The notes under the pieces were generated by a model, which saw nothing but the letters and a program-made list of their open reading frames with translations, had not been told where the DNA came from and ran no database searches. From assembly GCA_944322025.1 (NCBI GenBank), contig CALUOH010000010.1:50642-114641 (forward strand): DNA of 64,000 nucleotides, in the 5' to 3' direction. Positions 54,201-63,354 of the stretch are shown here, piece after piece. The number at the start of each line of letters is the position of its first letter. Positions within the stretch are counted from its first letter, which is position 1. Source of the DNA: an uncultured Bacteroidales bacterium. Its GTDB lineage: Bacteria > Bacteroidota > Bacteroidia > Bacteroidales > Paludibacteraceae. A program made the translations under genes and the position numbers.

Positions 54201-54993
54201 GCTCATCGAGATACTGGACAATCGGGAGACTGTCATACGAAACTACCTCGGCATTTTCAACGAGGAGTACCGTAAACTCAAAGAGAGGATAAATGTAGAG
54301 GCCACCAAGGCGGACGGCCTGACACGCATCATCAACTCCGTAGCAATGGTCGTCGCCATGTGCCGCCTCATAGAGGAGAAAACTGCGCTGAAACTGCCTT
54401 TCACGTATGCGGATTTCTTCAAGCTGGCGGTGGATAAGGTACTCTATCAGGTAAACTCAATCTCCACCACAAACAAGATGGCCACATTCTTCTCCACGGT
54501 CAACTTCATGATAACACAGGGCATCATAGAAAAGAACCGCTACATGCGCATCGATGTCCCCTCCGGCAACATCGTCCGCGTCAAGGACAAAAACGGCAAC
54601 AAGCCGCATGACCTCCTCCTGCCCGAAGGAACAAAGGTACTCTACATGCGCCTCGGCGACCTCTACAGCGCATATTACAGACAAGTCGGCAAGGGCGCGC
54701 TCTCCAAACAGAGCCTGTTGAGCTACCTCGACTCCAACCCCGCATACCTCGGCACAGCGGGAGTAAAATTCAAGTATATAGAAGAGAGCGTCTTTGATAA
54801 GGCAGGCACTGATGTATTCGGAAACGACAAGATCGCTGGCCAGACCGGAATGAAGTACGTCGTCAGCAACACCACAGCCTACCTCTTCAAATACGACATG
54901 CTGAAAGAACTCATGGACATCGACTTTGAGAACGAAGAGGAAACACCTACCGCCTCAGCCCTCAACAACGAAGTGGAAGACATGCCCTTTTAG
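51211..54993 (+). CDS. Replicative primase-helicase fusion (CHC2 zinc finger, Toprim, and a large C-terminal P-loop NTPase)
   Basis: Contains CPFHADTTPSLTV...YKCFACGAGGDVIKYV (CHC2) and Toprim (WVEGQNDVITMW...MFDGDKAGRDAT). Walker A is FFSGPTGSGKSQ and Walker B is IIVIMEEYNDE, about 800 aa in. Confidence 0.85.
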   Translation: MKQDIIERVKEANDIVEVIGERQNLRRAGANYVGVCPFHADTTPSLTVSRAKQIYKCFACGAGGDVIKYVMETERVTFYEALRMLARRAHVELPEEREESADDRRLRLERERLYGEARRLHGELLEGRGESEFFRYLSERGITQEAADVFGLGYGRSGFFRGRVTYPFFDAGGNVIGFTGRLTGWSKGCQMPKYKNSDESAIFHKGNVIFGLPQAKGEIVRKGYAVWVEGQNDVITMWQRGVRNVVCGSGSAMTEGHVRMLSRFTRSVTLMFDGDKAGRDATLKAMGTLLKAGMGVKAVRLPDGEDPDTFAQKRDDVEEVVSRAAGWGAYLLAEYPFVEDDIDGNAERVERLVEYAVLVDSDVKRGEFVKGICSRFGIGADVLRGRVKPVPRTDRWQNGYYGMDEAKEVMKERGGEWHLTFDEEVFCEGVCESAVILWKGKAGKHAVQSFRSEVNTVYVDGGELRFAEGCAGTEVDVCYRLHCGGVSVIVEREDGAVLFVDWLIDEIGGFYAQLNSNDKAAALDMALHTIAHTPGSLQTIKGKEWRERFGLGKSEYNKLLGEVFAEIRDRGSMERRKDDFQDMRPFDLNLLPDYVVQDETLKKVYDLYGYYPLLKNDGTRCAYAFRNDKGEGHTMLSNCYVEPLIHLYSQNDLNNKRIVKINHISEQAVYYEWPSTAFVSLQTFMRQLILAGAYNFGGTAVQFDRLRNNLLSGFTKCELLTVYGWQKEGFWAFPNAIYHRKEEGGPNVIEYTNNIGVMTHRRINYYSPACSEISVGKDSAQGSQYQQDRYMMYKDIPEGERISFAEWAALMDEVYKINDNGKWAVLFDVMTCFRDFIFETRRCFTSLFFSGPTGSGKSQIAFSMRSLFMSPNAAAFNLTTGTLPAFGAMMQRYRNIIVIMEEYNDEIDERIFQGLKAAVLDGQGRQKMSNAETKEMDLSDVNSVPLLLGQYAPQRDDGALANRCILCNVPYSQGFTEHEVAVFERLKSYEKSGLSNVLIEILDNRETVIRNYLGIFNEEYRKLKERINVEATKADGLTRIINSVAMVVAMCRLIEEKTALKLPFTYADFFKLAVDKVLYQVNSISTTNKMATFFSTVNFMITQGIIEKNRYMRIDVPSGNIVRVKDKNGNKPHDLLLPEGTKVLYMRLGDLYSAYYRQVGKGALSKQSLLSYLDSNPAYLGTAGVKFKYIEESVFDKAGTDVFGNDKIAGQTGMKYVVSNTTAYLFKYDMLKELMDIDFENEEETPTASALNNEVEDMPF

Positions 54994-55047
54994 ACACCTT
55001 CGGCCAAAAGCCAATCCCGTGCGGTACTCCGCACGGACAGATAATAT

Positions 55048-55152
55048 AAAGATACTGGACGCGTGATTTTACTGACATTTCAAAATTGCAGTATGCGCGT
55101 CCAGTATCTTTACCTTTTTTATGTCACCCGCCCGGAAACCTCCCGGGCGGGT
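55048..55152 (+). terminator. Cluster of hairpins after the primase-helicase gene
   Basis: AAAGATACTGGACGCG (55048-63) pairs with CGCGTCCAGTATCTTT (55096-111), followed by ACCTTTTTT. ACCCGCCCGG (55126-35) pairs with CCGGGCGGGT (55143-52), followed by TTGCCGTTTT. Confidence 0.5.
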
Positions 55153-55219
55153 TTGCCGTTTTCCCCCCGCACTCCCCCTGCATAAAAAATACGTTTTTCA
55201 GCGTTTTAAGGAAAAACCT

Positions 55220-55534
55220 CATCCAACCGTCCAACCATCCAACCAAAACCGGAAAGAATATAGTATATGTATATATAATATATTGATATTTATATAGTTA
55301 TAATATGATATCAGAGCATCATGGTTTGCCGTGCGCGGTTGGATACGGTCGTTTTTCGGGCTAAATTGGTTGGATGAGGTTGGACGAAATATGCTTTTTG
55401 AAGAATATTCAGATTTATTTGGTTGGATGGTTGGATGTGCGGCATATACGGTTGGATGTGAAGAACCGCACTACATACACTCTGACATTCAGCCCGTTGC
55501 CCTCGAAAAATACCCTTAGTTGGACGGTTGGATG
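55220..55534. repeat. Origin-like region: 11 iterons (GGTTGGAYG) in two opposed sets flanking an AT-rich core
   Basis: Three contiguous inverted copies, (C/G/A)TCCAACC, lie at 55220-28, 55229-36 and 55237-44. The AT-rich block is 55251-55320. Direct copies start at 55337, 55368, 55378, 55421, 55429, 55450, 55518 (AGTTGGACG) and 55526. Confidence 0.75.
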
Positions 55535-55625
55535 GGATTTCGGAATCAGGCAGGGTATACGGGCAACAATTTTTTTCATTGGTATAAAGTGCAAGTTTCA
55601 TGTGACCCGTAAGTGTTTTTTTCAG

Positions 55626-55633
55626 TAGCTTTG
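55626..55633 (+). promoter_or_regulatory. -7 promoter box (TAGCTTTG) for the late/structural operon
   Basis: Matches TAnnTTTG, 18 nt before the ATG at 55651. Confidence 0.5.
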
Positions 55634-55650
55634 TAAATGATAGAAAACTG

Positions 55651-56109
55651 ATGATGTCTGACTATCTCGTACATATAAGCGTTGCGCCATACGTTGCCGA
55701 GTTCATGTACCACCACTTCGGCAACCCCGTGCGGCTTGTCAAGGACTCGCCGGAGGCACGCCTGCTGAAGACATACCTCGAGCGCACCCCCGAGGGTGCG
55801 CGGCCTGACATGGGCGCGGGCGATAACCTGCGCATCGCCGTGCCGTGGTTCAAGGAGAAAGACCCGCGTGTCTACTGCTGGCTCTCCCCCATGTCGAAAG
55901 CCGCCCTCGCCGAGTGCTTCGAGAGCGTCTTCCTGCGCAACATGTGGGTCGAGCTCCTCCAGATGCCCGAAGCCCGCTGCCGCATATCAACCATGATATA
56001 CGCCTACATGGAGCGTCACGGCATAAGCGACATCCATTGGGAATGCATCCGCCAGAAGTACTACCGCCTCCGCAAACAGTACTTCAAGGACAAGGGAATA
56101 AAAATGTGA
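55651..56109 (+). CDS. Hypothetical protein (first gene of the structural operon; possibly a late regulator)
   Basis: 152-aa ATG ORF with basic, helical composition. No family was recognised. Confidence 0.45.
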   Translation: MMSDYLVHISVAPYVAEFMYHHFGNPVRLVKDSPEARLLKTYLERTPEGARPDMGAGDNLRIAVPWFKEKDPRVYCWLSPMSKAALAECFESVFLRNMWVELLQMPEARCRISTMIYAYMERHGISDIHWECIRQKYYRLRKQYFKDKGIKM

Positions 56110-56181
56110 CATAAATTTTTCGACTTCACGGCCATCTTTGAACAGACGCGCACAACCGCGCACAAAAACACATACATCACG

Positions 56182-56595
56182 ATGAACTACGCAGGAATAT
56201 TTGAAATCTATTGCCTCCCCGCCTCAGCCCTCGAACTCCCTGAACTGCATGATTATAGCGCGGCCGGGGAGCAGCTGCCCGTAAGTGCCCGATGGCAGCA
56301 GCTGGAAACCATCGGCACAGCCTCCCTCAGCGAAGAGACCGCCGAGGAAAACGGGCAAACCGTTTACAGTGTGCGACTTTCATTCCTCTGTGCGGAGAAA
56401 GTGGCTTTCCCGTCACGGCGTTGCGTATTCCGCACATGCGATGTAAACGGCCGTAACTTCCTCATAGGCACAGGCTCACGCCCACATCCGTCCGTCACAT
56501 ACAAGTACACCGATTCCGGCCCCGCCGGGAAGAAAGGCTATGAGTACTCCGTAACTTACAGGAACAGCACAGGACTTATACCCATATCGGCGTAA
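56182..56595 (+). CDS. Hypothetical structural-module protein
   Basis: 137-aa ATG ORF. No family was recognised. Confidence 0.4.
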   Translation: MNYAGIFEIYCLPASALELPELHDYSAAGEQLPVSARWQQLETIGTASLSEETAEENGQTVYSVRLSFLCAEKVAFPSRRCVFRTCDVNGRNFLIGTGSRPHPSVTYKYTDSGPAGKKGYEYSVTYRNSTGLIPISA

Positions 56596-56726
56596 CCCTC
56601 TTTTTTCTGCCGTGTTTCGGGCGTTATACCTCTGATTTAGAGATATAACGCCCTTTATTTGTCTTTTTATGTGCCGCGCAGGACATATATTTTCGCAGGT
56701 GACAAGGTATAACCATACATATCACA

Positions 56727-57716
56727 ATGAAATACAACATCGAAATACATGGAGTGATAGGCTATTGGCCAAACGTCCGCAGTGCCGTCAAGGCAGTGCT
56801 TGACGAGAACGAGGGAAAGCATGTCGACATTCTGATAGACAGCCCCGGCGGCCTCCTCTCTGTCGGCCTGACCATTTCCGACCTGCTGTGCAACCATGGT
56901 GACGTGACGGTCTACATACATGGCCTCACAGCCAGCGCGGCCACTGTCATAGCTATGGGCGCGAAACGCATAGTCATGTCAAAGTATGCCATGATGCTCG
57001 TCCATCAGGTATCTAATTGGGTGGACGAATGGGGGGCAATGAATGCCACGGAAATACAGGAGGCCATTGCCCGTCTGGAGAAGAACAGGCAGGAAAACGA
57101 AAAAATGGACCTCATGCTCGCCAGCATGTATGCTGACCGTACAGGCAAAAGCCTCGCGGAGATGCACTCACTGATGGTAAAGGGGCAATGGATGAGTGCG
57201 GAGGAATGCCTTGCATACGGCCTTGTCGATGAGGTTACGGAAGAGGGCAAGCCCCCTGTCATAGACAAAGGTGTTCAGGACATGTTCAACTCGGTGGAGA
57301 TACCGCTGCCTCTATCCATCGACTTCGGCCAGACAGACACCTCCCACTCGCTCATGCGCCGTCTGGCAGCACTCTTCGGAAAAAAAGAAGACACTAACCA
57401 AAACAACAATAAAATGACAAAGATTAATTCCTATACGGCAATTAACGCACTTCTGAATGTCACCGACATAGAGGCTGACGATAAAGGCTCGGCCACATTG
57501 TCAAAGGGACAGCTTGAAGCCATCGACAGCCGTCTTGCCCTCATCACCGACAGGGACAGTGAGATAGACCGCCTGAAAAAGGACAACAAGGAAAAGGACG
57601 ACACCATAGCCGCCCTTAAAGCAGCCCCCGCAGAGGAGCAGAAAAATATAAAGGAAGAGACTGCGGACTCCTCCTGTGATACAATCAACAAACAACTCGA
57701 CAAAATTGAATTTTAG
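56727..57716 (+). CDS. ClpP-like (S14) prohead protease fused to a scaffold-like coiled-coil tail
   Basis: Contains IDSPGGLLSVGLTISDLL and IHGLTASAATVIAMGAKRIVMSKYAMMLVHQ (Ser/His context). The C-terminal ~130 aa are charged and helical (DSEIDRLKKDNKEKDDTIAALKA). Confidence 0.75.
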   Translation: MKYNIEIHGVIGYWPNVRSAVKAVLDENEGKHVDILIDSPGGLLSVGLTISDLLCNHGDVTVYIHGLTASAATVIAMGAKRIVMSKYAMMLVHQVSNWVDEWGAMNATEIQEAIARLEKNRQENEKMDLMLASMYADRTGKSLAEMHSLMVKGQWMSAEECLAYGLVDEVTEEGKPPVIDKGVQDMFNSVEIPLPLSIDFGQTDTSHSLMRRLAALFGKKEDTNQNNNKMTKINSYTAINALLNVTDIEADDKGSATLSKGQLEAIDSRLALITDRDSEIDRLKKDNKEKDDTIAALKAAPAEEQKNIKEETADSSCDTINKQLDKIEF

Positions 57717-57718
57717 CC

Positions 57719-58714
57719 ATGGCAAACAAAATCACAGTGACACCGGCAGAACTTGCCGCATCGGCGGTCAAATACCGTTCAGAACTGCTGCAGGCCTCCA
57801 CTTACAAACTCGACAAGGCCACTCGGCACATGACATTCCGCCGGGGAGTACGCTACAAGGAGACAGTAGGCGCACTCAAGTATGACGGAGAGCTCCGCCC
57901 TTACAACACGACGGAGCGCAACGGCTCAAACGCCTCCATCACAGGGCGCACCCTCGAGACCTTTCTCGGGCAGGTATGGGACCAGTTCGACCCGAACGAC
58001 CTCATCAAGACAATCTACGGCTCCGACACCGTCATGGGCGAAGGCCTCAAAGGAGTTCCGGTAGCCAAAGTGCTGCTCACCGCCATCATGCGCAACGTGG
58101 GGCAGGGCCTATACCTCAACCTCTGGAAAGCCAAACGCAATGATACCGGCAAGACAACCGCCGACCTCTTCAACGGCTTCGACACAATCACCGACTCCGA
58201 GATAACGGCCACATCCATCTCGGCCGCAAACGGCAACTACGTCCAGCTGACAGAAGACATCGACTATACAAACGCCGTCGATGCCCTCCAGAGCATCTAT
58301 TTCGGGGCGGCTGACCTCCTTCAGGAGAAACAGACAAAGATGTTCCTCCCCGTCAACGTATTCAACGCATACAACAAGTGCCTCAAATTCGAGGGCGGAG
58401 GCATATCCTACTACAAGGAATACACCCAGACATACCTCGAAGGCACAAACGGCCTCTGTGAGCTTGTCCCTCTTGCCGACAAGAAGGACTCGAAGTACAT
58501 ACACCTCTCCACACGGAAGAACATGATGGTAGGGGTAAACCAGACCATACCCGGAGAAGAGAAAATAGAAGTACTCCGCCTCCATCCCGTGCTGCTCGAC
58601 TTCTATGTATCCCTATTCTTCGGCTGCCAGTTCGAGAGCATCGCCAAGGAAGACCTCTTCGTCGCACAGCTGAAAGCACAGACACCGCCCCCGTCAGAGG
58701 ATGAAGGTGAATAA
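57719..58714 (+). CDS. Major capsid protein candidate
   Basis: 331-aa ORF starting 3 nt after the protease-scaffold gene. The size and position are those of a major capsid protein. The sequence family was not verified. Confidence 0.55.
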   Translation: MANKITVTPAELAASAVKYRSELLQASTYKLDKATRHMTFRRGVRYKETVGALKYDGELRPYNTTERNGSNASITGRTLETFLGQVWDQFDPNDLIKTIYGSDTVMGEGLKGVPVAKVLLTAIMRNVGQGLYLNLWKAKRNDTGKTTADLFNGFDTITDSEITATSISAANGNYVQLTEDIDYTNAVDALQSIYFGAADLLQEKQTKMFLPVNVFNAYNKCLKFEGGGISYYKEYTQTYLEGTNGLCELVPLADKKDSKYIHLSTRKNMMVGVNQTIPGEEKIEVLRLHPVLLDFYVSLFFGCQFESIAKEDLFVAQLKAQTPPPSEDEGE

Positions 58715-58738
58715 GAATAATCATAAGGAGGAACAACT

Positions 58739-59341
58739 ATGGAATGCAACCAGAACGACCTTTTCGAGTCAATACCCGCATGTGACGGAGAGATAAACCT
58801 CCCCGGCATCGCCCCGCGCCTCTACTTCATGCCATTCAGCCAGATAGTAGCGTGGCCGCCCATCGAACGCCCCGACGGAAGCACCTCCGCCGACAAGATA
58901 GCCGCATATCAGGGCAACTTCACACTCGCCGCCGATGCCAAATGGCGATACCTCGACATCGTGCAGGAAAAGTCACCACTCACATTCGAGTCACAGGGCG
59001 AGGAGGGAAGCAAGAGCATCATCAACAAGGGCGAAATAAAAGTGCAGGGCACAAAAGCCGCCATACTCGCATTCTGCGCCATGGCAAACAACACCCGTAT
59101 GGTATACCTCGCCCAGCGTGCCGACGGCAAATTCTGCGTCCTCGGATGCCGCTTCTACCGCGGCGCGAAGACCACCCCCTCCGGCGCACTCGGCGCATCG
59201 CCAACCGACGAACACGCCACCACACTCGCCATCGAGGCCACCGACTTCGTACCCCTTCCCCTCTATCCCGGAGAGATAGAGACCGAAGACGGCAAAATCT
59301 CCGGCGCAACAGGAGAACCACTCCCCGACGAAGAAGCCTAA
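58739..59341 (+). CDS. Hypothetical head-associated protein
   Basis: 200-aa ORF directly after the capsid candidate, with a beta-rich body and an acidic tail. Confidence 0.4.
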   Translation: MECNQNDLFESIPACDGEINLPGIAPRLYFMPFSQIVAWPPIERPDGSTSADKIAAYQGNFTLAADAKWRYLDIVQEKSPLTFESQGEEGSKSIINKGEIKVQGTKAAILAFCAMANNTRMVYLAQRADGKFCVLGCRFYRGAKTTPSGALGASPTDEHATTLAIEATDFVPLPLYPGEIETEDGKISGATGEPLPDEEA

Positions 59342-59392
59342 GACATCACAACCGCATATCGGCTCCGGCCGATATGCACTTTATATGACCCC

Positions 59393-60079
59393 ATGAAACA
59401 GGACAAAACCTTCACAGAAAAACTCAAGGCCTACATGGCCCTCCCCCCTGACAGTCGCGACATCGCGCAGGGGGCTCAAATGCTCCTGCGGCTCAACCAT
59501 AACCGCATCATGTTCGCCAACATCATCCGCCGCCCCGACCTCCATGCCGGAAAACTCTTCTACGAACTCGGCAAATACCTCTCCCTGCGCCTTGCCGCCG
59601 ACACCATGGCCGCCGTAGCCGCACTCCAGCAGAAAGCCGATGCCCTCATCATACCTCTCCTGGATGAAAAGAAAGAGGCCGCCCATAAAGGCAAACGCCC
59701 CGACCACGACTCCCTCCCCGACGACATCAAGGCACTCTACGTCGACAACGCCAACATCCTCCATCAGATGCGCGACCTCCATGCCAAGCTCCGCATAAAA
59801 AGCTCCGGCAAATACAGGCCATGCGACCGTTACGACGACCTCACCGCACTCCTCGCACTCCATGACCGCTACGTCTCCAACTGGGAGGCCTACGACCATG
59901 CAGCCCCCCTCCCCGCCTCAGATGCCGCCCGCCCCGCCGCCGGGGCAACCGCCGCGGCAGCAGCCGCAGAAGAGCCGTCCGCCCCCGCTGGAACAATGGA
60001 CGGGACGGCAGCCGCAGAGGAAGAAGACACAGCCGCTAAACCCAAGCGCAAGACACGCACCCGGGACGGCGCGGAATAA
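59393..60079 (+). CDS. Hypothetical protein with an Ala/Pro/Glu-rich disordered tail
   Basis: 228-aa ATG ORF. No family was recognised. Confidence 0.4.
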   Translation: MKQDKTFTEKLKAYMALPPDSRDIAQGAQMLLRLNHNRIMFANIIRRPDLHAGKLFYELGKYLSLRLAADTMAAVAALQQKADALIIPLLDEKKEAAHKGKRPDHDSLPDDIKALYVDNANILHQMRDLHAKLRIKSSGKYRPCDRYDDLTALLALHDRYVSNWEAYDHAAPLPASDAARPAAGATAAAAAAEEPSAPAGTMDGTAAAEEEDTAAKPKRKTRTRDGAE

Positions 60080-60084
60080 AGGCC

Positions 60085-60552
60085 ATGAAGACGGCCCTTG
60101 CCCCCCTGCGGGACAACCCCATTCAGGCCTATTGTGACAACAGCACACAGCTTGCGGATGTCGTCGACTTTATACTCAGTGACATAGGTGGTGCCGACTT
60201 CGTTGTCGTCACCACCTATTCAACGTCAGAGGAGTTCCTCCGGCGTATGGACATAATGAAAAGCAAGGGCAAGATTAAACGCTCCGTCCTGCTGGCCGAC
60301 CTGAAAGCCGCCTACAAGACACTGCAGCTTAACGCCCTCATCAAAAACACATTCGATGAAGTGTATCTGACGGAAAACCATTCCAAGGTTATCCTCGTCT
60401 CCGGAGGAGGCCTCCATGTCTCCGTCTGCACATCGCAGAACCAGACCCGGGGCAACCGCCTCGAAGCCGGCATGATAACCACGGACAGGGACATTTTCGC
60501 CAAACTCCATTCATCCATCCTCAAAAAAATCAGCCTTTCGGTCAAGATATGA
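60085..60552 (+). CDS. Possible single-HKD (phospholipase D/Nuc-like) nuclease
   Basis: 155 aa, the size of Nuc. The motif NHSKVILVSGGGLHVSVCTSQNQT is HxK...(S for D)...TSxN with 3 extra residues, so it is degenerate and the call is tentative. Confidence 0.3.
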   Translation: MKTALAPLRDNPIQAYCDNSTQLADVVDFILSDIGGADFVVVTTYSTSEEFLRRMDIMKSKGKIKRSVLLADLKAAYKTLQLNALIKNTFDEVYLTENHSKVILVSGGGLHVSVCTSQNQTRGNRLEAGMITTDRDIFAKLHSSILKKISLSVKI

Positions 60553-60848
60553 ACGGGATAATAAAACACGCATATACAGAAGAGCAGCTTGCCCTCATAT
60601 ACCAGTGCAGCAAGAACCTCCTGCCCGTGAGAGACATCGCCTGCATCATCATGGCAGACGAAAACCGCCTGCGCCGCGACATAAACGACCCCACAACGGC
60701 AGCCTACCGCCATTACAGGCGCGGCAAAGGAGAGACACTCCTCGAAATACGCAAAAACGAAATACGGCTCGCCATCGACGGCTCCCCTCAGGCTGTACAG
60801 AACGCCCATGAATACATCAACAGCATGAACGATGATGAAATGATTTGA
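60549..60848 (+). CDS. Small HTH-like protein in the packaging module
   Basis: 99-aa ORF with a 4-nt overlap with the upstream gene and a possible HTH (VRDIACIIMADENRLRRDIND). Confidence 0.35.
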   Translation: MNGIIKHAYTEEQLALIYQCSKNLLPVRDIACIIMADENRLRRDINDPTTAAYRHYRRGKGETLLEIRKNEIRLAIDGSPQAVQNAHEYINSMNDDEMI

Positions 60849-60853
60849 CAGCC

Positions 60854-61453
60854 ATGCCCAAAGCCGACACATACAAATATTGTGAAAAACATCTCTTCTC
60901 CGATGTTGAAGTGATGCGCCGCGACAAAGTACCCGAGGCCGTCATATCCCGCATCGTCCGCATACGCGACCTTTACAATCAATGGCTGCAGACCCCCTCC
61001 ATGTCCGAACGCGCCGTAGTACTCCGCCTCTGCTCATCCTACGGCATCCAGAAATCCATGGCATACGAGGATGTGCGCCTCATCAAGATGCTGCTCGGCA
61101 ACATCAACCGCGCATCCAAGGACTTTCACCGCTGGCGCGTAAACGCCATGATTGAAAAGACATACGCCATTGCCGAACAGCGCAAGGACACACGCGGCAT
61201 GAACGCCGCATCCATGGCCTACATCAAGGCCAACAACCTCGACAAGGCTGACAGTAACGAGATTAACTGGGACGAGATACTCGTACAGCCATTCGACATT
61301 ACGGAAAACCCGGAAGTGCTCGGCATACGCCGTGTACCCGGCATTCAGGAGAAGATACGCCGCATGAAAGAGAAGTATTTCAACGAAGATATAGAGGATG
61401 TCACTTATGAGGAGGTAGATTTGAATGAAGGACTTTTCAAGAACGAGGAATAA
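60854..61453 (+). CDS. Terminase small subunit candidate
   Basis: ATG at 60854 lies within the TTG ORF 60845-61453. It is immediately upstream of the large terminase and overlaps it. The protein is helical and basic. Assigned by position only. Confidence 0.4.
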   Translation: MPKADTYKYCEKHLFSDVEVMRRDKVPEAVISRIVRIRDLYNQWLQTPSMSERAVVLRLCSSYGIQKSMAYEDVRLIKMLLGNINRASKDFHRWRVNAMIEKTYAIAEQRKDTRGMNAASMAYIKANNLDKADSNEINWDEILVQPFDITENPEVLGIRRVPGIQEKIRRMKEKYFNEDIEDVTYEEVDLNEGLFKNEE

Positions 61454-63059
61454 GATATATTTCAACAGGCCGCAGCAGGAGGTGATGTTTACCGGCGCGA
61501 ACACCTCCGTCATAGTCGGCGGCCGCCGTCTCGGCAAGAGCCACGGCATCATGGCGCCGTGGTTGCTGCGCAACATGCAGCGCATGCCCGGATGCTCCAT
61601 AGGCCTCGTCGGCGCGTCATACAAACGCCTCCTCATGAACACGCTTCCCGGCACGCTCAACGCCCTCGAATCTTTCGGCTTCAGGCGCGGTGTCCACTGG
61701 CACATCGGCATGAAGCCCCCGAAGTCCTCCGGCTTTGCGCGCCCTCATATTGAGCCCGCGGAATGGGAACACGTCCTCTCCTTCTATAACGGCTCTATCG
61801 CCTACCTCATCTCGCAGGACAGGCCCGGCACATCGAACTCGATGACGCTCGACGGTGTGGGAGTGGACGAGGCGAAATTTGTCGACTTCGAGAAACTTAA
61901 AAATGAGACACTGCCCGCCAACGGCGGCATCAAAGCCCACTTCGGAGACCGTTATTACCATCACTCCCTGCTGGTAATCTCGGACATGGGAGTGACCCGC
62001 AAACAGACATGGTTTCTCAGATATGAGGAGCTGTGCGATGAGGAGCTTATCGATACGATACACGGCATACTGTATGAGTGCTGGAACATCAAGCGGCGCA
62101 TGAACGAGACCGCTAAAAAGGGCGGCGCAAGCCCCGTATATCTCGCATCGCGATTAAGGCAGCTATATACTGTGCTTGCACGCCTTCGCCGCGCCGCCGT
62201 GCTTTACCGCGAATACTCCTCACTCGAAAATATGGAGATACTCGGCGAGAGCTACATCCGCCAGATGAAGCGTGACCTCCCGCCCCTCACATTCCAGACC
62301 TCAATACTCTGCCGGCGCATCTCCATACTCAAAGACGGCTTCTACTCATCCATGCGCGAGGGGCATAAATACAGCAAAGCCGACTTCTCCTACCTCGACA
62401 GCCTCGCCTACAACTTCAGCAGGCTCGAGGAAGAGACCTCCCTGCACGATGCCGACGTGCAGCACGGCCGCCCCATCTGCGTCGCCTTCGACTACAACTC
62501 AAACATCAACTGGCTCGTAGCCGGGCAGGTAGAAGGCCGCCGCCTGAACGTCATCCACAGCTTCTACACAAAATACGAACGCAAGCTCCGCGAACTTGTC
62601 GACGACTTCTGCCGCTACTACCGCCATCACCGCGCAAAGCACGTATTCTTCTACTACGACGCCACCGCCAAAGGCTCAAACTACGCCGTCAACGACGAAG
62701 ACTTCGCCTACGTCATCGAAAACCGCTTCACCGCCAACGGCTGGGCATGCACACCCGTATACATAGGTAACCCCCTCCGTCACATCGAAAAATACCTCCT
62801 CATAAACCGCATGTTCGCCGGGCAGGCAAACCTCACCCCCTACATCAACGAGGACAACAACGAAGACCTCCTCATCTCCATCCAGACAGCAGGCGTAGTG
62901 GGCGGCAAGAAAGACAAGCGCGGCGAAAAGCTCGCCGAGACCGAAGAAGACCGCCTCGAACACCGCACCGACGGCTCCGATGCCTTCGACACCCTATGCA
63001 TAGGCTGCGAACGCTTCCCCCAGCAGGGTGTCGCCGACGTACTCTCCGGCTGGGTGTAG
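61425..63059 (+). CDS. terL: Terminase large subunit
   Basis: 544 aa. Has a Walker A-like VIVGGRRLGKSHG near the N-terminus, a Walker B-like LDGVGVDEA, and a C-terminal nuclease-like half with acidic motifs (VAFDYN, TDGSDAFD). Confidence 0.75.
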   Translation: MKDFSRTRNKIYFNRPQQEVMFTGANTSVIVGGRRLGKSHGIMAPWLLRNMQRMPGCSIGLVGASYKRLLMNTLPGTLNALESFGFRRGVHWHIGMKPPKSSGFARPHIEPAEWEHVLSFYNGSIAYLISQDRPGTSNSMTLDGVGVDEAKFVDFEKLKNETLPANGGIKAHFGDRYYHHSLLVISDMGVTRKQTWFLRYEELCDEELIDTIHGILYECWNIKRRMNETAKKGGASPVYLASRLRQLYTVLARLRRAAVLYREYSSLENMEILGESYIRQMKRDLPPLTFQTSILCRRISILKDGFYSSMREGHKYSKADFSYLDSLAYNFSRLEEETSLHDADVQHGRPICVAFDYNSNINWLVAGQVEGRRLNVIHSFYTKYERKLRELVDDFCRYYRHHRAKHVFFYYDATAKGSNYAVNDEDFAYVIENRFTANGWACTPVYIGNPLRHIEKYLLINRMFAGQANLTPYINEDNNEDLLISIQTAGVVGGKKDKRGEKLAETEEDRLEHRTDGSDAFDTLCIGCERFPQQGVADVLSGWV

Positions 63060-63153
63060 CACCTTTTTTTGTGCGGTGTCCGCATACTGGAAGAAAAAGC
63101 CCCGCCTTCGGGGCAGGGCTGTGTGCGGTACGGCGTTACGGCACGCCGTGGTG

Positions 63154-63354
63154 TCAGAACTCTACGGCTGTGAGATTGCGGCCTATTGCGTGGAGGGTGT
63201 CAAGCAGCTCCTTGCGCCGCGCGTCGGACGGTTTTTTTGTGCCTTTTATGTAGCTGGCGAGGAGGCTCTGGGGTATGCCCATGCGCCGCGCCACTGCGGA
63301 GACGTTGATTTCGGGGTTGGAGAGGAAGGCCTCCTGTATGCCGGGTGTGTTCAT
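63154..63354 (-). CDS. Small XRE-type HTH protein
   Basis: Has the HTH VSAVARRMGIPQSLLASYIKGTKKPS. It overlaps the upstream gene by 4 nt. Confidence 0.6.
   Translation of the reverse strand: MNTPGIQEAFLSNPEINVSAVARRMGIPQSLLASYIKGTKKPSDARRKELLDTLHAIGRNLTAVEF

Noticed and set aside
55086-55628. ORFs in the supplied track across 55086-55628 (66, 96, 62 and 84 aa)
   Set aside because: They are translations of the iteron and AT-rich origin sequence (repeated GWMV/VGWD-type strings), have no starts with promoter context, and overlap each other on both strands.
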